13,090 nt of DNA from Candidatus Jordarchaeales archaeon (lineage in GTDB: Archaea > Asgardarchaeota > Jordiarchaeia > Jordiarchaeales > Freyrarchaeaceae). The first letter of the stretch is position 1, and each line of letters opens with the position of its first letter. Both the position numbers and the translations under genes were made by a program. The DNA is taken from assembly GCA_038858525.1 (NCBI GenBank), contig JAWCFL010000002.1:1-13090 (forward strand), in the 5' to 3' direction. Below the pieces are notes generated by a model. That model searched no databases. It was not told the origin of the DNA and was given only the letters and a program-made list of their open reading frames with translations. Positions 1-6,086 of this stretch are shown here, in pieces.

Positions 1-57
1 GTTTCTGATGAAAACGAATTGGTGAAGTGGCAAATAATGAAGAAAAAAGACGAATGA
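1..57 (+). CDS. Possible 3' end of an upstream gene (…VSDENELVKWQIMKKKDE*), product unknown
   Basis: Frame 1 is open from the window edge to TGA at 55-57 with purine-rich, protein-like codons. It is too short to identify. Confidence 0.3.
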   Translation, partial: VSDENELVKWQIMKKKDE

Positions 58-134
58 ACGAGGGACGAAATTGACGAGAGAAGACATGTTACCGCAGGCG
101 GAAAACCTTAAGGGCGCGAAAATATCTGAACGAT

Positions 135-147
135 GAATAAAAAAGAG
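135..147 (-). terminator. Oligo-T terminator candidate for the hydrogenase cluster
   Basis: Minus strand reads CTCTTTTTTATTC about 12 nt after the stop of the NuoI-like gene. Confidence 0.4.
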
Positions 148-158
148 GTTGGGGGGCT

Positions 159-536
159 TTAGTCTTCCACTTCGATCCAGTTCATTTCGTCCTTGGAGTA
201 GGCTGCAAGCTCGTAGTCCTTTGTCATCTCGATGGCGCCGTTCGGACACGACAAAGTACATTGACCACAGAACATGCAGGCCGCCAGGAATATTTTGGGT
301 CTTTTTCCTGTTTTTGTTCTTTGTCCTTCGGGTCTGGTGTCTGGCACCATTGTTATCGCTCCTGTGGGGCAGTCTCTGGCACATAGGCTGCATCCATTGC
401 ACTTGTTAACGTGGTATATGTGTCTCCCGCGGTATCCTTCTGGGACTGGGAGTTTTTCGAAGGGATAGAATACTGTTGCCGGCTTTTTAGGTAGGTGTTT
501 GAGGAGTAAGGGGATTATGGCGGCTGGTCGAGGCAT
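159..536 (-). CDS. NuoI/MbhN/EchF-like 2x[4Fe-4S] ferredoxin subunit of a membrane-bound hydrogenase
   Basis: Two CxxCxxCxxxCP motifs (CNGCSLCARDCP, CMFCGQCTLSCP), N-terminal PATVFYPFEK…YRG, and SD GGGGAGGTG upstream. Confidence 0.93.
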   Translation of the reverse strand: MPRPAAIIPLLLKHLPKKPATVFYPFEKLPVPEGYRGRHIYHVNKCNGCSLCARDCPTGAITMVPDTRPEGQRTKTGKRPKIFLAACMFCGQCTLSCPNGAIEMTKDYELAAYSKDEMNWIEVED

Positions 537-551
537 CTTTATACACCTCCC

Positions 552-1844
552 CTATATAACACTTAAAGCGATCATTATTAGTATGGAGGCGGCTTTCCAC
601 TTGAAGAGGTCCAAGTAGACTGCTGCCTGTATAACTGCTATGTTAAGTATTGTTAGTGGGATAAGGTATTTCCATGCTCCGGCTTCTACTTGGTCTATTC
701 TAAACCTCGCAAACGCTGTTCTCAGGAGAGTTATCAGGAAGAGTACTGCAAAGAGTTTGATGAGGAACCAGCCTAGACCTATCATGTATCCTAGTGGTAG
801 GGCGCCGAGCATCCTTTCAAGGGGGGTTACTCCTATAGTGCTCCCCGGACCGTAAGGTCCTCCCAGGAATAGTGCGGCGGCCAAGCCTGCCCCAAATATC
901 ATTTCGAGGTCTCCTGCTGCCCTGAAGAGCGCCAGTTTCTTGCCTGAGATCTCAGTCTGCCATCCTGCAACTATCTCTGTGTGGGCCTCAGGTATGTCAA
1001 ATGGAACTTTCTCCATTTCAGCCATAAGTGATATGAGGAGCGAAGCGAATGATATCGGTGCCACCAGTATTATCGGCATCCTGGTGACTGCTTGGAACGC
1101 CGTAATGTTTCCTATAGTCAACACTTGCAGAGCTGAGAATGGCTGAAGCTGTAATATAGGAGCCACGTAAAAGGTCCAGAGCTCCGGCGCGAAGGTTGAA
1201 AGCAACAGGTATTGCTCGAAGGTTAATGCTGGAAGCTTCAACACTCCAATTAATGTTAGTATCTGAGCGACTTGTTGGGGGGTTGCCATGTAGCTTGCAA
1301 CGACAAACGCCGGCGTTATTGCGGATAGGGCTAATGGGACTTCGAAGGCTACAAGCTGCAAGCCCGACCTAACAGTTCCGATTTCTCCAAACCTGCTAGT
1401 CGTAAACCACCCTGTGAGGATCACTGTAACAGTGTACATTGTTGCCAGGAATATCACGAAGATAAGGTCTCCTTCGAAGCTTATTATTCCCGTTCCCTTA
1501 TAGACCGGCAGGAACATGACCATTGTGAGGGCTAAGGTGAAAGCCACTATGGGCGTCGCAGTCAGACTCTTAACGTCGGCCGCCCTATCTACGACGTCCT
1601 CTTTCGCCAGAAGCTTTATGAAGTCTGCCAGAGGCTGCAGGATGCCGTGCCATCCAGTGTAAAGGGGTCCAACACGGTGCTGAAGCCGCCCGTGAACCTT
1701 CCTGTCAAACCACTCGCCGAAGAGGGCTAGAGTAAACATGAAGAATGCTCCCGGAAACACTAGAATTTTAAATAGCTCCTTTACAGCTTCCAGAGCCGTA
1801 GGTTGTTGAGCGAACAAGTAAAGGAAAAGCATTTCCATGCTCAT
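552..1844 (-). CDS. NuoH/MbhM-like membrane subunit (about 430 aa, with a ~57-aa internal insertion)
   Basis: Motifs DRKVHGRLQHRVGP, GILQPLADFIKLLAKE, KVPFDIPEAHTEIVAGWQTE and RFRIDQ. The start was moved from 1910 to the ATG at 1844 because of the SD GGGGGATG and because the upstream 22 codons lie in an AT-rich promoter-like spacer. Confidence 0.92.
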   Translation of the reverse strand: MSMEMLFLYLFAQQPTALEAVKELFKILVFPGAFFMFTLALFGEWFDRKVHGRLQHRVGPLYTGWHGILQPLADFIKLLAKEDVVDRAADVKSLTATPIVAFTLALTMVMFLPVYKGTGIISFEGDLIFVIFLATMYTVTVILTGWFTTSRFGEIGTVRSGLQLVAFEVPLALSAITPAFVVASYMATPQQVAQILTLIGVLKLPALTFEQYLLLSTFAPELWTFYVAPILQLQPFSALQVLTIGNITAFQAVTRMPIILVAPISFASLLISLMAEMEKVPFDIPEAHTEIVAGWQTEISGKKLALFRAAGDLEMIFGAGLAAALFLGGPYGPGSTIGVTPLERMLGALPLGYMIGLGWFLIKLFAVLFLITLLRTAFARFRIDQVEAGAWKYLIPLTILNIAVIQAAVYLDLFKWKAASILIMIALSVI

Positions 1845-1945
1845 TTTTCCATCCCCCAGATAGGAGCACTGTCCTTCCTTCGTCCTCAACCATAATTTAT
1901 AGGTTTCCATTAAAAAATAAACTAAAAGTGTTTTTCATGGAGAAG

Positions 1946-3183
1946 TTACCACCGCTTCTCCTTCTCGTTGAACTCTCTGCTGTACCTTCGGAGCTCCTCC
2001 CTAGTCCAAGTCCAAGTCTTCTCCTTTTCAATGTCAATGAACGTGATCCTGTCCTCGCATGAGAAGCATGGGTCTATGGAAGCCAAAGCTATGGGTAAGT
2101 CTGCAATATAGCATCCCTTAAGGAGCTCTGCCACTGAGAGAATGTTCGCCATGGTCGGAGTCCTTATCTTAACCCTGTAAGGCTTATCAGTACCGTTGCT
2201 CTTCACGTAGTATATTAACTCGCCTCTCTGAGCCTCAAACCTAGCGTAAGCCTCCCCTTCAGGAACACGCCTTATGAGCTTCTCAGGCATAATGTCCCCC
2301 TTCTTAGGCATGTGGTCAAGGCACCACCTGATAATCTTAATGCTCTCGATAGTCTCAAGCACGCGCACAACCACTCTGCCAAAGGTATCACAAGTGTCCC
2401 ACGTGATAAGCTCAAAGTCCGCCTCGTCATACTTCAAGTGTGGGTCATTCTTCCTCACATCAAACTTGACTCCGGAAGCACGAATTGTAGGACCAACTGC
2501 CCCCAGCTTAACGCCAGTCACAGGGTCAAGGACACCCACGCCCTCAGTCCTCTTCCTCACCGTGCTCTCCTCAAGACACAGCTTCTTATAGTAGTTCGTT
2601 CTCTCCTCAAGGTAGTCGAGTCCCTTCCTAATTTTGTCAGCAAGCTCAGGAGAAATGTCCCGCCTCACACCGCCAAGAATATTCATTGCATAGTTAACCC
2701 TGTTACCCGAAATAGCCTCAAGCAGATCCATGACAACCTCTCTGTCCCTCCAAACATACATGAATAGCGTCTCAAATCCGATCTCCAGCCCAGCAGCACC
2801 AAGCCACAAAAGGTGACTATGAATCCTCTCCAACTCGGCAACTATAGTCCTAATGAAGTTCGCCTTTTCACTAACCTCGATCCCGCCAGCCTCCTCGGTA
2901 GCCATCATAAAAGTACACTGATGAGCGTTACTGCATATACCGCACACTCTTTCTACAAGGAAGGCCCCTTGAATATACGTCCTGTTTTCGAGTGCTTTCT
3001 CGATCCCCCTGTGGACGTATCCTATTCTGGGTTTTACGTCCACAACTGTTTCTCCTTCAACGAAGATCTGGAAATGCTCCGGCTCTTTTGCTCCCTTTAT
3101 TTGGTTTTTAGCTAAACGATGTTAGATAAAGGGATGTGCAAAGCCGGATGCTGCGGACCAACTGGTATTATTACTCGTGACAT
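1946..3183 (-). CDS. Group 4 [NiFe]-hydrogenase large subunit (NuoD/MbhL/EchE-like), two exons: join(3183-3136, 3085-1946), 395 aa after splicing
   Basis: L1 motif ERVCGIC and L2 motif DPCFSC are present, with an Mbh-like C-terminal extension and GYVHRGIEK. The ATG at 3183 has a perfect SD (GGAGGTG, 3200-3194) and encodes MSRVIIPVGPQHPALH. It rejoins EPEHFQIFVEGETVVDVKPRIG only after removal of 50 nt. Confidence 0.92.
3086..3135 (-). other. Predicted 50-nt BHB-type mRNA intron
   Basis: Minus strand: UCCGGCU-UUGC-AC|A-UCCCUUUAU…AUAAAGGGA-GCAA-AA|G-AGCCGGA. This gives a 7-bp exon helix, 4-bp central helix, two 3-nt bulges and a 9-bp intron helix. It contains an in-frame TAG (3114-3112) and shifts the frame. 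Confidence 0.88.
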
Positions 3184-3239
3184 TTTTTATTAGCACCTCC
3201 ATCAAGTTTAAAATATAAACGACCATATATTTGTTTTTC

Positions 3240-3719
3240 TTACTCCTGTGTTGGTTGCCAGTCCTTTCTGAGTGGGTAAACGCCTTCGGGCCAGTCTTCT
3301 GGGAGGATTAGGCGTTCCAGGTTTGGGTGTCCTTCGAACACTACGCCGAGGAGGTCATGGACTTCGCGTTCGTAGAAGTTGCTTGACGGCAGAATGTCGG
3401 TTATGGTTTCTAGTTTAGGGTTGGACTTGGGGACATATGTCCTCACCATGATGGCTGTTTGGGGTTCTTTGAACCTCCAGAGGTGGAATATTACTTCTAT
3501 GTTTTCTCCGAGGTCGACGCCTGTTATTGTGGAGACGTGCCATAGATCCCAGTTATCTCTCATGTACTCTACGGCTTTCCTGTGCGCTCCGGGCTTCACC
3601 TTTAGGTGGATTCTTCTTGGCCTTTTGATGTAAGCTTCTTCAAGTTGTGGTCCCAGGGCTGCTTTGAGCTCCTCGATAAGTTTTTCTTCGCTCTTAATTT
3701 CTTTCTTCTTTTTGCTCAT
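3240..3719 (-). CDS. NuoC/MbhK-like hydrogenase subunit
   Basis: Motifs HVSTITGVD, YEREVHDLLGVVFEGHP and LILPEDWPEGVYPLRKD, plus operon position. Confidence 0.93.
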   Translation of the reverse strand: MSKKKKEIKSEEKLIEELKAALGPQLEEAYIKRPRRIHLKVKPGAHRKAVEYMRDNWDLWHVSTITGVDLGENIEVIFHLWRFKEPQTAIMVRTYVPKSNPKLETITDILPSSNFYEREVHDLLGVVFEGHPNLERLILPEDWPEGVYPLRKDWQPTQE

Positions 3720-3729
3720 ATTACCCCCC

Positions 3730-4164
3730 CTACGATTTTTGGAGTTTGGCGAGGAGTTTGGCTACACCGTCTATTATTGCTTCAGGTTTGGGTGGGCATC
3801 CTGGGACGTAGACATCGACTGGGACGGCTGTGTCTATGCCTCCCTCTACTCCATAGCATCCCTTGAAGACCCCGCCTGTGCATGCGCAGTTGCCGACTGC
3901 CATAACGAACTTGGGGTCAGGAACTTGCTCGTAAAGCTTCCTAAATCTGGGTTTCATCTGCTTCGTGATTGGCCCTGTGCAGACGAGGACGTCGGCGTGT
4001 CTGGGGCTACCCATTAATATGATGCCGAAGCGTTCAACATCGAAGCGTGGCATTAACGCAGCTAGAATCTCTATGTCGCAGGCGTTACACCCACCAGTGT
4101 TTAGGTGAAGGATCCACGGTGATTTTGTTCTCGCCCACTTTACAAGCTTGCTGAGAAGACCCAT
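3730..4164 (-). CDS. NuoB/MbhJ/EchC-like [NiFe]-hydrogenase small subunit
   Basis: Motifs GGCNACDIE, SPRHADVLVCTG, AVGNCACTGG and YVPGCPPKPEAI. Confidence 0.95.
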   Translation of the reverse strand: MGLLSKLVKWARTKSPWILHLNTGGCNACDIEILAALMPRFDVERFGIILMGSPRHADVLVCTGPITKQMKPRFRKLYEQVPDPKFVMAVGNCACTGGVFKGCYGVEGGIDTAVPVDVYVPGCPPKPEAIIDGVAKLLAKLQKS

Positions 4165-4483
4165 TGTACCACTCCCAACGTGTTTACCATTTAAACTACC
4201 TTGACAGGGGAAGAATAGAATCGATCTCCCTTTTTTACTTTTTCGTTAAGAATATTTTGTTCGCTTTTTTGTTTGCATGGATAAGGAGCGTTAGCGCTAT
4301 AGTGCTTATCGGAACGATTCTTGTGATACAGGTTTACCGGATAGCTCTTTTTTCGAGAGTAGATTGTGTGTTTTGGCTTGTCATATGTAGGGGGTTAAGT
4401 GTCGTGTTATTTTTCTAGTTTATGTTAAAGTGCCCTTTTTGTTATTCTGGCATTTTCGTCATCATTACGAAAAAGTAAAAAGG

Positions 4484-4498
4484 GGGAAAGTTTTTAAT
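4484..4498 (+). promoter_or_regulatory. BRE/TATA promoter of the NuoA-like gene
   Basis: GGGAAAG-TTTTTAAT about 53 nt before the ATG at 4551. The same TTTTTAAT core preceded by purines recurs at 6044 and 7287. Confidence 0.5.
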
Positions 4499-4550
4499 TT
4501 GTGCGTCATAGTTGTTGATGGTCTTTCTTTGATTGCGTGGAGGTGGAGAA

Positions 4551-4868
4551 ATGTCTGGCCTGCTTACCTTGGGGATCGCTGTCCTAGTGAGTTTTCTGAT
4601 AGCGTGTGCGATTTACCTTACGGGAAGATTGATAGGTGCTAAGGGAGAGAAGACGCCGGGCAAGTTGGACCCTTACGCCTGTGGTGAGGATTATCCTCCT
4701 GAAAAGTTTCAGTACAGGGTGCACTTGGTTTACTACGCGATATTCTTCACATTGTTGGAGACCGCTGGTGTGATCGTGTTTACATCTTCTTTCAGTGACC
4801 CACTGTACGCGCTAATATACATGGTGTTCTTAGTAGTGGCGGCGCTCCTAGTCCTCTACAGGAGATAA
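4551..4868 (+). CDS. NuoA-like (complex I subunit A/3) membrane subunit, divergent from the hydrogenase cluster
   Basis: Three hydrophobic helices, loop KLDPYACGE (compare the YECG motif), YAIFFTLLE motif, and SD GGAGGTG before ATG 4551. Confidence 0.85.
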   Translation: MSGLLTLGIAVLVSFLIACAIYLTGRLIGAKGEKTPGKLDPYACGEDYPPEKFQYRVHLVYYAIFFTLLETAGVIVFTSSFSDPLYALIYMVFLVVAALLVLYRR

Positions 4869-4940
4869 TCTAATGAAGAGGCATCAATCCAGTTTGCCAC
4901 GCGAATAAAGTTCTTTTCCTCTTTTAAGTGCATGGTGATG

Positions 4941-4982
4941 TTTCTTTTTTGTTTTTTGTCTTTTGTTTCTGTTTTTTTGTTT
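4941..4982 (+). terminator. Long T-rich tract, likely terminator
   Basis: TTTCTTTTTTGTTTTTTGTCTTTTGTTTCTGTTTTTTTGTTT downstream of the NuoA-like gene. Confidence 0.45.
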
Positions 4983-5068
4983 GCGCGTTATTTCCCCTCT
5001 GCAGCTGACCATTGAGCTTTGGTTTCTCAAACGTAACAGTCATTTTAAGCGTGACTCTTAAGGCTGTC

Positions 5069-5081
5069 GAAAAATTATTTA
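5069..5081 (+). promoter_or_regulatory. Candidate BRE/TATA for the GcvH-like gene
   Basis: GAAAAA-TTATTTA about 40 nt upstream of the start. Confidence 0.35.
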
Positions 5082-5119
5082 GAGGGGTGGAAGCTACCTC
5101 TTTCGAGCGTTGATGGAGT

Positions 5120-5575
5120 GTGATTGGGTTGAAGTTTAAGTTTGAGCTTGAGGGCGAGACTGTTGAGGCGGAGCTTCCCGAGGATCTTTACTATCATCCT
5201 GACCATTGCTGGGCTAGAGTTGAAGGTGATAAGGTGAGGGTGGGCTTCGATGACTTTGGCCAGGTGACTGCTGGGCAGATCCTTTTCATCAGGCTTAAAC
5301 CTGCTGGCAAGGAGGTCAAGCAAAATGAGACCTTCGGCACTGTGGAGACGGGTAAGTGGGTTGGGCCTTTGAAGTCGCCAATCTCGGGGACGATAGCTGA
5401 GGTTAACCCGGAGATAAAGACGAACCCGTCACTGGTGAACAAGGATCCTTACGGAAAGGGGTGGCTAATACTGGTAAACCCGTCAAATTTAGAGAGGGAG
5501 CTCAAATCGCTCATTACGGGTGATGCTATAAAAGCGTGGATGGAGAAAGAAATTAAAGAAAGGCTGAAAAAATAA
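5120..5575 (+). CDS. gcvH: Glycine cleavage H-protein-like lipoyl carrier
   Basis: Motifs LYYHPDHCW, lipoyl-Lys motif VETGKWVGPLKSPISG, and NKDPYGKGW. The exact start is uncertain (GTG 5120 or TTG 5129). Confidence 0.9.
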   Translation: MIGLKFKFELEGETVEAELPEDLYYHPDHCWARVEGDKVRVGFDDFGQVTAGQILFIRLKPAGKEVKQNETFGTVETGKWVGPLKSPISGTIAEVNPEIKTNPSLVNKDPYGKGWLILVNPSNLERELKSLITGDAIKAWMEKEIKERLKK

Positions 5576-5745
5576 AACGAATTTATTCATCTGTTTTTCA
5601 TTTTTTGTGGTGGAAGGGTGGTGCGGTCTTCTAAACATTCAGAGGGGTTCCCCCTGTTTTTACATGCAAACTATTTTATGATGTGTCTGCTAGCGAGAAT
5701 GAGGTAAGTGTACTAACGGTTAATACGGTTAATATTATAATCCTG

Positions 5746-5924
5746 AGGGGGAAGCTTGTCTGCTTTTGGTTCAATGTGGAGGAAGGTGAGATAAAAGGAA
5801 CGTTAAACAATGATTTTGGGATGTACTAGGGGGAAGCTGAAAAGTTCGAGGAGAGATCAAGGAAGTTATGGGCTAGAAGGGGAAGCTGGTAGAAGTAATT
5901 TCCCATTACGATGAGGGGGAAGCA
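5746..5924 (+). repeat. Four dispersed copies of AGGGG(G)AAGC
   Basis: Copies at 5746, 5828, 5878 (4 G) and 5914, with an inverted partial copy TTCCCCCT at 5648-5655. Confidence 0.5.
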
Positions 5925-6036
5925 ATATTGTCCAGTGTAGTTTCAAAATGGGACCCATCAAGCTATACTTCGAGTAGTAGTGCAGAATTTTGAGTGGTAA
6001 AAAACAGTTTTCGTTATAGGTTTTATAGATTTTCTT

Positions 6037-6051
6037 GAAAAAATTTTTAAT
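6037..6051 (+). promoter_or_regulatory. BRE/TATA promoter of selD
   Basis: GAAAAAA-TTTTTAAT about 36-43 nt upstream of GTG 6087. Confidence 0.55.
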
Positions 6052-6086
6052 CGGTAGGAGAGAAGTGTTGCTGTGAAAGAAAGGGG

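Noticed and set aside
55-111. Sec readthrough of TGA 55-57 extending the upstream frame to TAA 109-111
   Set aside because: No redox motif context, no identifiable protein family and no SECIS evidence; the gene is mostly outside the window.
1122-1292. NuoH insertion as a third intron
   Set aside because: No register I tried gave a 4-bp central helix with two 3-nt bulges and a preserved frame. The best-looking one (UUGC/GCAA) creates a stop.
1845-1910. NuoH-like start at 1910 (METYKLW…)
   Set aside because: No SD, an AT-rich spacer-like sequence, and a better SD-supported ATG at 1844.
2050-2075. Selenocysteine in the hydrogenase L2 motif
   Set aside because: Both cysteine codons in DPCFSC are TGC, with no UGA.
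1946-3043. Large subunit starting at GTG 3043 as in the ORF track, or being a frameshifted pseudogene
   Set aside because: The conserved GPQHP N-terminus and a perfect SD lie at 3183, and the interruption is bounded by a complete BHB whose canonical cleavage restores the frame.
3086-3135. Introns encoding box C/D guide RNAs or homing endonucleases
   Set aside because: No RUGAUGA/CUGA boxes in either intron, and both are far too short for an ORF.
5746-5924. AGGGGGAAGC copies as a CRISPR array
   Set aside because: The repeats are only 10-11 nt, spacing is irregular (82, 50, 36 nt), and no cas genes are present.
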